From an uncultured Pseudomonadales bacterium (GTDB taxonomy: Bacteria > Patescibacteriota > Microgenomatia > UBA1400 > UBA12108), in contig CAZGNX010000001.1 of NCBI GenBank assembly GCA_964527065.1, positions 45-64,044 of the forward strand: DNA of 64,000 nt, read 5' to 3'. This document shows, one piece after another, positions 38,347 to 47,144 of the stretch. Numbering within the stretch: position 1 is the stretch's first letter; the number at the start of each line of letters is the position of its first letter. Made by a program: the position numbers and the translations under genes. The notes under the pieces were generated by a model that worked only from the letters and a program-made list of their open reading frames with translations, was not told where the DNA came from and did not search any database.

Positions 38347-38488
38347 TTGAGGAGGATCGGCCAGACATATTTTGCTTTTGTGAAGCTCACTTCAGGAAAA
38401 ATTTTCTCGTGATGGTGTTCTCGTCATTTTTCTTGAAAGGTTCGACCCTACAATGCGCAAAATAGTCCCGTCCTGCACCTCGTTATTT
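38341..38488. repeat. long imperfect inverted-repeat element (copy C)
   Basis: aaataa/ttattt, gagg/cctc, tattttgc/gcaaaata, ttcaggaaaaa/tttttcttgaa. Confidence 0.7.
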
Positions 38489-38493
38489 GCATT

Positions 38494-38808
38494 CTATGAG
38501 ATGATGTTGACTTTGAAGATGACCTGGAGGATTTGAGCGATCCAGTAGGCGAGGAAGATGACAAAGAAGCCGGTGAGGGCGCCGGTCACCATTTTTTTAC
38601 CTTTTTCTTGTGACTCTTTGTCGGCGGCACCGGCGAGCATGGTAAAGCCTCCAAAGACTAGCATTCCAAGTAAGATTAGTCCTGCGATCGTCAGTAGATA
38701 AGGAAGAAAGCCACCAATGATGCCACCAAGGCTATCGGTGTCTGCAAGACTGCCACTGCCCAAGCCGATTGCTTTATTGAGAGATGTATAGTCGATGAAT
38801 TCTGGCAT
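38494..38808 (-). CDS. VirB2/TrbC-like pilin
   Basis: GGF.ML.GA.D....KGK...T.A..GF.VIF.AYWI. Confidence 0.85.
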   Translation of the reverse strand: MPEFIDYTSLNKAIGLGSGSLADTDSLGGIIGGFLPYLLTIAGLILLGMLVFGGFTMLAGAADKESQEKGKKMVTGALTGFFVIFLAYWIAQILQVIFKVNIIS

Positions 38809-38810
38809 AT

Positions 38811-39248
38811 TTAATTAATGAACCCTGGTAGTTTGATGATATCACCTGCAACTATTCGTAGAATAGACACGGAGAAGATAATAAACAAAAGTCCGGTGAT
38901 CGCTCCAGTAAATAATTCTTTGCCCTTTTTAACTTGTTCGGCATTATTGCCACCAGTCATAATCTGGATAGTTGCAATGAGCATAATGATGATGGAGATA
39001 CCTCCCGCTAAACCTGTAAGAAAGGTGAGGAGGGCGGAGGAAAATCCGGCAGTAGAGGTGGGGATACAGCCAAGACCCGTGTTGATCTGTGGGTTTGTGG
39101 CGGAGCTACCGGGGCACCCACTAGTGGGGTCGATGGCGAGGGCCGCAGGGGCGAGTATAAAGTATAGAGTATAGAGTATGGAGTATAGAGCTGGGCGAGC
39201 GTGTGTTAGGATATGGGTATGGTTTCTCTCTGGAAAAAGCTTGTTCAT
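38811..39248 (-). CDS. VirB2/TrbC-like pilin with Cys pair
   Basis: C...I.TGLGCIP, QIMT.G.N.E..KKGKELFT.AITGLLFIIFS; start overlaps head-to-head with next gene, so start is uncertain. Confidence 0.8.
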   Translation of the reverse strand: MNKLFPERNHTHILTHARPALYSILYTLYFILAPAALAIDPTSGCPGSSATNPQINTGLGCIPTSTAGFSSALLTFLTGLAGGISIIIMLIATIQIMTGGNNAEQVKKGKELFTGAITGLLFIIFSVSILRIVAGDIIKLPGFIN

Positions 39249-40922
39249 ATAGTCACCGCAGTCGTTCTGATACTAGGCATGATTCTATCATACGAAGCGG
39301 TAGTGAAGGCGGAATCGCTAGAAGAAATTGAGAAACAAATGGCTGACTTGCAGCAGCAAATGGAGCAGTCGGTCAAGGCCACAACGCCGCTCGAGTCAGA
39401 AGTGGCCAAGCTTAACAAACAAATTGGCGGGATACAGGCACAAATCAAGGAATCAGGAATTAGAATAGAGGAACTAGAGGTAAGTGTCGCGGAGCGAGAT
39501 AAGGCGATAGCCTCGCAGTATATTGTGCTGTCGGCAAAAGTCCGGGACTTGTACAAAAAGACCAGCTTATTTTCTCCCTTGCTCGTATTTGTGTCCTCGC
39601 GCTCGGCAGGAGAGCTAACACGAGGGCTAGCCTATAAGTCGGCAACGGCAGATGAAGACAAAAATCTGATTGTGACTATCACAAGAGACATACTCCAGCT
39701 GGAGGATGACAAACAGAAGATTGAGGCAGATCGTATACGGCTCGCAGGACTCCAAAAGAAACTTGATAGCCAAAAAGCTTTCTTTGACCGTGAGATTGCT
39801 GGGGCAAAGAAATATCAGGCAGAATTATCGGGCAAAATTGCTGCTCTCTCGGCTAAACAGCAGGCAATCTTGTCGGAGAAATCAGGGACGTTCCAGACTA
39901 CTGTAGGAGATGTGCCGCTAGCGGATGACTCCGCGAGCCGCCCTGACTATAATCCAGGTTTTTCGCCGGCTTTTGCCGCGTTCTCATTTGGGGCACCTCA
40001 CTTTAAAGGCATGAGCCAATACGGAGCGTTTGGGCGTGCAAAACAAGGGCAAAGTTTTGAGCAAATTCTCAAAGCCTATTACGGAGGAGGGATCGAGATT
40101 AAAGATCATAACCCCGAAGCGCAGATTGTGGTAGAGGGTTATGGTACTTACTCACTCGAAGAATATGCCAAGCGCATCTATGAAATGCCAGGGTCATGGG
40201 GAGACGAGGGCGGTATGGAAGCACTTAAAGCCCAGGCAATAGCGGCGCGGAGTTATGCACTGGCGCGGGGAGGATCTATTTGTGCGACTGAGGCCTGCCA
40301 AGTGTTTAAACCAGCTCCAAAAGGGGGGAGGTGGGAACAGGCAGTGAATGAGACTCGCGGAAAAGTGGTTTATGCGGGAGGTGGGCCTTTTTCGACCTGG
40401 TATGCTTCGACTTCGGGAGGGTATCAAGAATCGTACACTAGCAATGGACATAACACCCCCGGATTTTGGGATACCCCTTCGGGCCAAGGTGGATGGACTG
40501 GGCAGGCGTATGAAAAAGTGGCGGGGAGTCCGTGGTTCTACAAAGCATGGTACAAAACCAGATCAGGAGACGCCTGCGGACGTAGTCATCCATGGCTCAA
40601 CTCAGAAGAAATGGCCGATATTCTGAATGCATGGGTAGTTTTGTTTCAAGGTGGGGGAGACTCGGGACGGGTGACACCAGAATCATCTTGCTGGGGGGGC
40701 AATCCATATAGCAAGGCCGATCTCCAGGGGATTGGCGGATTCACCAGTGTTTCTGGGGTGAGCGTGACATATGGGAATAACGGAGTCACAGCCAATGTGA
40801 CGTTTGAGACGAATAAATGGAGTACGACAATCTCGGGGGTTGATTTTAAAAAAGCGTTTAATCTGAGAAGTCCAGGGAGGATATCGCTTAAATCTGGTCT
40901 TTTCAATATTGAAAAGAAATAA
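39219..40922 (+). CDS. coiled-coil plus SpoIID/LytB-domain peptidoglycan hydrolase
   Basis: signal peptide, PcsB-like coiled coil, H..GMSQYGA, EALKAQAIAARSYA, CQV. Confidence 0.88.
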   Translation: MVSLWKKLVHIVTAVVLILGMILSYEAVVKAESLEEIEKQMADLQQQMEQSVKATTPLESEVAKLNKQIGGIQAQIKESGIRIEELEVSVAERDKAIASQYIVLSAKVRDLYKKTSLFSPLLVFVSSRSAGELTRGLAYKSATADEDKNLIVTITRDILQLEDDKQKIEADRIRLAGLQKKLDSQKAFFDREIAGAKKYQAELSGKIAALSAKQQAILSEKSGTFQTTVGDVPLADDSASRPDYNPGFSPAFAAFSFGAPHFKGMSQYGAFGRAKQGQSFEQILKAYYGGGIEIKDHNPEAQIVVEGYGTYSLEEYAKRIYEMPGSWGDEGGMEALKAQAIAARSYALARGGSICATEACQVFKPAPKGGRWEQAVNETRGKVVYAGGGPFSTWYASTSGGYQESYTSNGHNTPGFWDTPSGQGGWTGQAYEKVAGSPWFYKAWYKTRSGDACGRSHPWLNSEEMADILNAWVVLFQGGGDSGRVTPESSCWGGNPYSKADLQGIGGFTSVSGVSVTYGNNGVTANVTFETNKWSTTISGVDFKKAFNLRSPGRISLKSGLFNIEKK

Positions 40923-41024
40923 TCAATAATCAAATTCCAATCATCAAACAAATTCTAAGATTTAATGACCTAATTAGGTGATTAGATATTGTTTGGAGCT
41001 TGGTTATTGATGATTGGTGATTAT
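40918..41024. repeat. AT-rich heptamer-periodic element with inverted second half
   Basis: aataatcaataatcaaattccaatcatcaaacaaat; near-identical left ends at 58175 and 45470. Confidence 0.8.
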
Positions 41025-41039
41025 GTTAAAATTCAGATT

Positions 41040-41705
41040 ATGGCGGACATTTATGTGGGGAAGGCGAGCGCACACAAACAAGCGGAAGTGATGAAAGAGC
41101 GCCTTTCGGTGACACAACTCAAGACATTGCTCAAGAAAACCGGTTCGGGGGGCTTGTTTACTTGCTATGCGACATTTCCCCCCAGCACAACATTTGAATC
41201 TCAGGAGGAGGGTGAGGAGGTTGTGTTATTTTTGCGCCAACATCTAATTGTGAATGTGCCGTGGATACTCCTTACTGTTTTTTTGTTGACCCTCCCGTCA
41301 ATTTTTACTTTTTTCCCGCCGTTTATTGCACTCCCTACCAGTTTTCAGTTTCTGCTTATACTTATGTGGTATTTGTTTGTGAGTGGATATGCCCTCGCCA
41401 AGCTGATGGGGTGGTTTTTTAATATATACATACTGACAGATGAGCGGATTGTCGACATTGACTTTGTAAATGTTTTGTTTCGTAAAGTTTCAACGGCTAA
41501 GATAGACGAAATCCAAGATGTGAACGTGGAGGCAAGTGGAGCGTTTCAGACATTCTTTAATTACGGAGGCGTCTTTATACAAACGGCGGCAACGGTTCCA
41601 GAATTTGATTTTGTAAATGTACCTCACCCCGACAAGGTGGCAGAGATTATTCACCAAATGATTGATATGGAAGAACAGGAAAAAATTGAGGGAAGGGTGA
41701 AATGA
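41040..41705 (+). CDS. bacterial PH (bPH_2-like) domain membrane protein
   Basis: E.V...LRQH, two TM, YILTDERIVD, IQDV, NYG.V.IQTA. Confidence 0.8.
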   Translation: MADIYVGKASAHKQAEVMKERLSVTQLKTLLKKTGSGGLFTCYATFPPSTTFESQEEGEEVVLFLRQHLIVNVPWILLTVFLLTLPSIFTFFPPFIALPTSFQFLLILMWYLFVSGYALAKLMGWFFNIYILTDERIVDIDFVNVLFRKVSTAKIDEIQDVNVEASGAFQTFFNYGGVFIQTAATVPEFDFVNVPHPDKVAEIIHQMIDMEEQEKIEGRVK

Positions 41706-41929
41706 ACTTACTCACTCTGCTTGAATCCATTACTTTTTTGTTAATTATTAAATTGCTAGTCGTGGTTTTGCTTGTAGTCTATACAATTTTTGCGTTTTTG
41801 ATGATGAAACAGATTAGTGCTATGACGCGGGCGGTGAGCATGAAAGATGATTTTGTCATCCGCATGCTCGGGGGGTTGCACTTTGCCTTCGCAGTTCTCA
41901 CATTATTGTTAGCCATAATGATGTTGTGA
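41702..41929 (+). CDS. small two-TM membrane protein
   Basis: Y.IFA....KQI..M; ATGA coupling. Confidence 0.65.
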   Translation: MNLLTLLESITFLLIIKLLVVVLLVVYTIFAFLMMKQISAMTRAVSMKDDFVIRMLGGLHFAFAVLTLLLAIMML

Positions 41930-41930
41930 T

Positions 41931-43658
41931 ATGGTGCAACTCTCGTGCGTAAAAATAGTGGGATCTTCATCAAATACAACGTGGTTTCAGGCACAATCTT
42001 TCACGTGGGTTGGTAGAGAAATAATAGTAGTTTTGCAGCTTTCAATGGACGATCCAGCCTCAATGCTTGATTTGGCAACAATAGGAGCTGAGATGTTGAG
42101 GGAAATTGAGAGCAAGGGTGAGAGAATTTTGAACAGCAATCAGCTAGTAGAATTGATAGTATCTTTGATACAAAGTGTTGGCGAAGGACTCAAGATAAAG
42201 ATTATCACTGGACTATGGCAGGGAGAGACCCTTTTCCTGTATGGAACAGGTGATGTAGAGGCGTTTTTGGCCAGAGAGGGGAAATTGGCACGACTGTGCG
42301 AGTCTTGGGGTGCGGGTAGTAGTGTTGAAGGTCAACTGCAGGCGAAAGACATTGTTGTCCTTTCAACGAGCGAGTTTGTGGCGGGTGTAGGCTTAGCTAA
42401 AATAAAGGAAATTTTGCTCAGTGACGAAGAGCCAGCTGAGCTATTGACTCCCTTGGTCCATACACAAACAGACTCAAGTGGTGTGGCGGCGTTAATAGCG
42501 ACGGTCAATCCAGAGAAAGAATCACATCTTTGGATCCCAATGAAAATAGTCACGAGTGTGCCACGTAAGCTGAACTTGTGGATAGGAGCTCTCATTCTTG
42601 TATTACTTATAGTAATGATTGGAGTGGGTATGGTGAGGCGGGTCAAGCTCGTGGCGGAACGTAACATAGTAGAACTCCAATCCAGTGTGGCGAACAAGGT
42701 TGCAGAGGTGGCCGCGGTGGGTGATTTGAACCCGGAGCGTGCTCGTCAACTACTGACACAAAGTACACAAGAAGTGAATACTTATTTAGCGACCGAACCC
42801 AAGAAAGAATACAAGTTGCAAGCTGAGAGGTTGTTGCGCACAATCGCTGAGGCAGAAGAGAGGGTATTTAATAAAAGTGAAATTACGTTGACTACCGTGA
42901 CGGAACTATCTGTTTTGTCAGCTGGGCTCAATGCTGAGAGCATGAAGGGGGATGGGAAAGGAAACGTGCTTTTACTAGATACTCAAAATAAGGAAGTTGT
43001 GTCAATGCACTTAGCGGATAGATCAAGGCGAGTCATAGAGACAACAAATGAAAACATCGTCGACATTGCTGTGAATGAAACCAAACAATTCGGAGTAGAA
43101 ATCGGTGGTGTGTTTGAGTATTTTTGGGACAAAAAACCGGCAGTCAAGGTCATTGAAGCTGATGAGTTTTGGAAGGAGCCGACTCAAATCGATGTATTTG
43201 CAGGAAATATCTATGTGTTTGATAAAGCGCAGAGTGAGATCTGGAAATACCCTACTCTGGGGGCGACATTTGGGGGGAGGCGGCGATGGCTTGCCGCGGG
43301 GATTACCCCTGACCTCTCCAAAGTGGTGGATATGAAGGTGGTGGGAGATATCTGGCTACTAACCTCAACCGGTAAACTGGAGCGCTATAGACAAGGGGCG
43401 CCGGTGGCTTTTCTTATGGAAGGATTCCCTTCTCAGGGAGAAGGGAAGTTGCTGAAGGGACCTACTGCCCTGTGGGTTACTGATAGCTTGGTCTATGTAC
43501 TAGAGAGTGGAGCGGGGCGGGTAGTGGTGTTTAATGTGGACGGTCAGTATGAGGCGCAGTACGCCAACTCGGAGTTTGCGAGGGCGAGCGATCTCGTAAT
43601 TATAGATGATAAGGGGTATGTGCTTGTGGATAATGCGGTAAAGGAATTCGGACTTTGA
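41931..43658 (+). CDS. membrane protein with PP2C-like N-terminal fold and C-terminal beta-propeller
   Basis: G.V.A.L.R.G.L and DIVVL.T N-terminally; central TM; NIYVFD...IWKY and D..IWLL propeller blades. Confidence 0.6.
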   Translation: MVQLSCVKIVGSSSNTTWFQAQSFTWVGREIIVVLQLSMDDPASMLDLATIGAEMLREIESKGERILNSNQLVELIVSLIQSVGEGLKIKIITGLWQGETLFLYGTGDVEAFLAREGKLARLCESWGAGSSVEGQLQAKDIVVLSTSEFVAGVGLAKIKEILLSDEEPAELLTPLVHTQTDSSGVAALIATVNPEKESHLWIPMKIVTSVPRKLNLWIGALILVLLIVMIGVGMVRRVKLVAERNIVELQSSVANKVAEVAAVGDLNPERARQLLTQSTQEVNTYLATEPKKEYKLQAERLLRTIAEAEERVFNKSEITLTTVTELSVLSAGLNAESMKGDGKGNVLLLDTQNKEVVSMHLADRSRRVIETTNENIVDIAVNETKQFGVEIGGVFEYFWDKKPAVKVIEADEFWKEPTQIDVFAGNIYVFDKAQSEIWKYPTLGATFGGRRRWLAAGITPDLSKVVDMKVVGDIWLLTSTGKLERYRQGAPVAFLMEGFPSQGEGKLLKGPTALWVTDSLVYVLESGAGRVVVFNVDGQYEAQYANSEFARASDLVIIDDKGYVLVDNAVKEFGL

Positions 43659-43663
43659 TGTTT

Positions 43664-43816
43664 GAGAATCTTGTCTACCGTTTTTTTGTAAAACACGGAA
43701 TAATCGCCGGCGGCGATTTTCCTCTCGTGCAGTCAGGCGACCCTTCGCTACGCTCAGGGGCCATGCTCGCCTGAGCTTTGCACAATGGTTTTCAAAAAAA
43801 GATAGTCAAGATTCTC
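43664..43816. repeat. long imperfect inverted-repeat element with branched head (copy D)
   Basis: gagaatcttg/caagattctc, tttttttg/caaaaaaa; head hairpins aatcgcc-ggc-ggcgatt and tcaggcga...tcgcctga. Confidence 0.8.
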
Positions 43817-43851
43817 TTATTTATCAGATCCTTATTACCCTAGGGTAGAAT

Positions 43852-44295
43852 ATGGGTATGATAGTTAATAAACTGGCCAAGAGAGAGTATCAGATATCCG
43901 ACACGTGGGTGGCGGGGGTGATGCTCACAGGTGCTGAGGTCAAGACTCTGCGGGGCGGGCGGGGGAGTCTGCGGGATGCCTACGCCAAGCTGATTGGGGG
44001 CGAGTTGTTCCTGGTTGGGGCTGATATTCCGCAATACAGCCATTTTGCGGGGCAAGAATATGACTCTAAGCGGTCGCGTAAACTCCTCCTTAAATCAAGT
44101 GAACTTATTAAGATCCAGCAGAAAGTTGAAGGGAAGAATCTAACTCTTGTGCCGCTGCGGTTATTCTTTAAGGGGAGATGGGCTAAGTGTGAGATAGGAA
44201 TAGGTAAGGGGAAGAAAGAGTGGGAGAAGCGGGAGGATATCAAGCGGCGGGACGTGAACCGAGAGTTGGCCAAGGCCATTAGAAAAAAAGTTTAG
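43852..44295 (+). CDS. smpB: SsrA-binding protein SmpB
   Basis: NK.A..EY, AGV.L.G.EVK, RKLLL, G.GKK..EKR. Confidence 0.97.
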   Translation: MGMIVNKLAKREYQISDTWVAGVMLTGAEVKTLRGGRGSLRDAYAKLIGGELFLVGADIPQYSHFAGQEYDSKRSRKLLLKSSELIKIQQKVEGKNLTLVPLRLFFKGRWAKCEIGIGKGKKEWEKREDIKRRDVNRELAKAIRKKV

Positions 44296-44297
44296 TG

Positions 44298-44743
44298 TGG
44301 AGACGGAGGGCAATGAGCCCTCGTCCGCGTACCGCTACTAACATCATCTACATACTTAGATAATTTTGGCCCACCTTCGCCGAGGCTTCGGCGGGTAAAA
44401 TTTTAACCTCTTTTATCTTTGGTAATTATCTAACCATCAGACCTAGGAGGGTAGTCTATGATATGGCTCTGAGCGACAACCCCAGAGTTACGTCTCGTGT
44501 GTGTTTCCACCTACGTCTTCCCCACGAGCAAGTGGGACGTAAATGTCCTGTTAGGCTCTATAACCCGCAAAGGTGTAGTTACCGATCAAGGAAGCAAACG
44601 CAGCATCAGCTTTCGCCAATACTTTGTTTACTGTCTGTGCAATTTTATTGACAGATTTTTTTTGACGCTGTTTGACAACTTCTCTCGTCAAAGTTGGTAT
44701 GCAGATGTTAATGAGCTGGTACACGTCAAAGCAAGACGTCCCC
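44298..44743 (-). ncRNA. ssrA: tmRNA
   Basis: 5' GGGGACG pairs with 3' CGUCUCC-A (G3:U70 Ala identity); T-arm GAGGG-CUCAUUG-CCCUC; pk1 caactt/aagttg + tgacg/cgtca; tag ORF ending ...FAGYRA*; adjacent to smpB. Confidence 0.92.
44370..44395. repeat. bulged mini-hairpin repeat inside tmRNA
   Basis: cccacc-ttc-gcc-ga-ggc-ttc-ggcggg. Confidence 0.7.
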
Positions 44744-44791
44744 AATAGATCAAAATATATCACAGAATCAGGCTAAATGCAAGATTGAAAC

Positions 44792-44939
44792 AACAATCTT
44801 GCCGTAATCGCACAGAAAAACAGCGTCGATTGGCCAGCGCCAATCGCGCTTCTAACTCGATTTGGCGACTCCGCATCTGGCGGGACCGACTCGCCATGAT
44901 CTCGTAATGTTTTCTTACGCGAACATCGGCAAATTTGTT
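44792..44939. repeat. long imperfect inverted-repeat element with branched head (copy E)
   Basis: aacaatcttgccg/cggcaaatttgtt, agaaaaaca/tgttttct; head hairpins cgattggc/gccaatcg and tggcga...tcgcca. Confidence 0.75.
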
Positions 44940-44969
44940 TGCCATTTTTTATTGTGGTACTTTTGTGAT

Positions 44970-45647
44970 ATGAGCATTATTGACCTCATTTTTCCAAGGA
45001 TTTGTGTGGGGTGTGGGAGAGAGGGGCAGTATATTTGTTCTGAATGCCAGAAGAAGTTGGTAGCTGTTGAGCAAATATGCCCGATGTGTTGTAAGCCGAG
45101 TTTAGACGGGTGGACGCACACGCGCTGCAAGTCACGATACGGGATGGATCGATTACTTGTGGGGCTTTCGTACCGTGGCATGGTGCAGGATTGCCTGAAA
45201 AGGGTCAAGTACAAGAGCGCATGGGAAATAATCGAGTTTCTATTTTCACTTTGCATCTTTGATTTGAAGGGGGAGATTGTCACCGCAGTACCTATGTTTG
45301 CACAAAAGGCGCGGGAGCGAGGATTTGACCAGGCAGAAATACTTGGGAAATTGGTCGCCAAAATTCACCGTGGGCGATTTTTAACTATGCTAGAGCGTGT
45401 GCGAAAAACAAAACCGATGTTTGGACTCACCCGACAAGCACGATCTGAAAATATTAAGGACGCTTTTCGAATAATCAATAACCATATTCCAATAAACAAA
45501 CAAATTCAAAATTCCAATGCCCAAATACCTAAACAAGTAATTCTGGTGGATGATGTGTGGACCACGGGAGCGACCATGCGGGAGTGCGCACAAGTATTGA
45601 AGAGAGCGGGGGCTAGAGAGGTGTGGGGAGTGACCCTCTCAAGGTAG
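44970..45647 (+). CDS. comF: ComF family amidophosphoribosyltransferase-like protein
   Basis: FP..C..C...IC..C, RGFDQAE, ILVDDVWTTGATM..C...L. Confidence 0.93.
   Translation: MSIIDLIFPRICVGCGREGQYICSECQKKLVAVEQICPMCCKPSLDGWTHTRCKSRYGMDRLLVGLSYRGMVQDCLKRVKYKSAWEIIEFLFSLCIFDLKGEIVTAVPMFAQKARERGFDQAEILGKLVAKIHRGRFLTMLERVRKTKPMFGLTRQARSENIKDAFRIINNHIPINKQIQNSNAQIPKQVILVDDVWTTGATMRECAQVLKRAGAREVWGVTLSR
45470..45535 (+). repeat. in-frame copy of the AT-rich heptamer element inside comF
   Basis: aataatcaataaccatattccaataaacaaacaaattcaaaattcc encodes IINNHIPINKQIQNSNAQIPK. Confidence 0.75.
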
Positions 45648-45656
45648 TACAATAGG

Positions 45657-47144
45657 GTGATGAAGATTTTGTTTGTGACGGCGGAGGCGGGGCCATTTGT
45701 GTCCGTGGGGGGGCTCTCCCAAGTGTCATATTTTTTGCCCAATGCACTACTGCAAGCTGGGGATGATGTGCGGATTTTTACTCCCAAGTTTGGGGCGATG
45801 GATCAGTCGCGCAAAAAATGGAAACTCGAGATGGAAGTCGAGGGACTCAGAGTGCCACTCTCTGACAAACCAGACAAAGATGATCTAATTTGTAACATCA
45901 AATCATTTGAGCCCAAAGGGAGGGTAAAGACTTTTTTCTTGGAGAACCGTGAGTATTATGAACTGCGGGCCAATGTGTTTGGGTACAAGGACGACCACGT
46001 GCGGTTTATGCTTATGTGCAAAGGGTGCCTGGAATGGCTCCTGCTGCAGAAAGAAAAGGGCGAGTGGTTCCCCGAAGTGATCCACTGCAACGATTGGCAT
46101 AGTGCGTATTTGATTGAGCTTGCGCGTAGATCAACACGATATAGGAGTGCGCTCGCTGAGGTCAAGATAGTGCTAACTGTACATAACTTTGTCTTTCAAG
46201 GGAACTTTGACTATAAATATTGCAGTATCGAGGACCGCGATGACGGGAAAAGCCCACTTGGATCGATTTTGGACGAGAGGCTCCATATGCAGAATGCTCT
46301 TCTGCGAGGAATACTAAACGCAGACGCCATCACAACCGTTTCACCTACTCATGCCAGAGAAGTGGTGACAGAAGAATACGGAGAAGGACTACAAAAAGTG
46401 CTTACCAAGAGACAGAGTGTGTTGAGTGGCATACTAAATGGTCTAGATGTATTGTCATTTAACCCTGCTAAGGACAAAACTCTTAAGGCACGCTTTAGTC
46501 AGGACAGATTTGTGGAAGAGCGCGCTATTAACAAGCGAGAGCTCCAAAAATTATTTAGTTTGCCTTTTAAACAAGGGAGCTTTTTGCTAGCTTTTAGCGG
46601 ACGGCTGACAGAGCAAAAGGGGCTTACCATGCTCATTAAAGCTTTGCCTCATTTACTTGTGGAGTATTCTGATATCCAGGTGATTTTTATGGGGGGCGGA
46701 GACGATAGCTACCGCCGAGCTCTGACTTTGTTGCAATCCAAATATCCTGAGCGGGTGGGCTTGCATTTAGTGTCCAACTTCTCTCTTCCTAGAAAAATCT
46801 TTGCGGGGGCGGATGCTCTTCTTATGCCCAGTATTTTTGAACCAGGTGGGATTGTGGCGCTTGAGGCTCTGCGCTACGGGGCAGTCCCTATTGTACGACG
46901 GACAGGGGGGTTGAGTGATATTGTTGTTGATTTTGATCCTGTCACTGCTACTGGCAATGGGTTCTCGTTCCATGACCGTGATGCTTGGGCACTCTACGGG
47001 GCCGTGATTGAGGCCAAAACAACCTTTAAGAACAAATCCTTGTGGAACAAGCTCGTGGAGAACTGTTTGGTCTGTGACTTTTCTTGGGAAGCGAGTGCCA
47101 AAAAGTACCACAAATGGTATAGCCAAGTGAGGATCGTATCATGA
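45657..47144 (+). CDS. glgA: glycogen synthase (GT5)
   Basis: E..P...GGL, IHCNDWH, TVHN, TTVSPT.A.E, GRL.EQKG, MPS.FEP.G, RRTGGL.D. Confidence 0.92.
   Translation: MMKILFVTAEAGPFVSVGGLSQVSYFLPNALLQAGDDVRIFTPKFGAMDQSRKKWKLEMEVEGLRVPLSDKPDKDDLICNIKSFEPKGRVKTFFLENREYYELRANVFGYKDDHVRFMLMCKGCLEWLLLQKEKGEWFPEVIHCNDWHSAYLIELARRSTRYRSALAEVKIVLTVHNFVFQGNFDYKYCSIEDRDDGKSPLGSILDERLHMQNALLRGILNADAITTVSPTHAREVVTEEYGEGLQKVLTKRQSVLSGILNGLDVLSFNPAKDKTLKARFSQDRFVEERAINKRELQKLFSLPFKQGSFLLAFSGRLTEQKGLTMLIKALPHLLVEYSDIQVIFMGGGDDSYRRALTLLQSKYPERVGLHLVSNFSLPRKIFAGADALLMPSIFEPGGIVALEALRYGAVPIVRRTGGLSDIVVDFDPVTATGNGFSFHDRDAWALYGAVIEAKTTFKNKSLWNKLVENCLVCDFSWEASAKKYHKWYSQVRIVS

Noticed and set aside
43625-43633. Perfect DnaA box TGTGGATAA
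   Set aside because: A single copy inside a coding region (LVDN) is compatible with chance.
44463-44945. Short ORFs at 44463, 44497, 44551, 44760
   Set aside because: They overlap tmRNA and a hairpin element; the end of 44551-44763 is the tmRNA tag frame.
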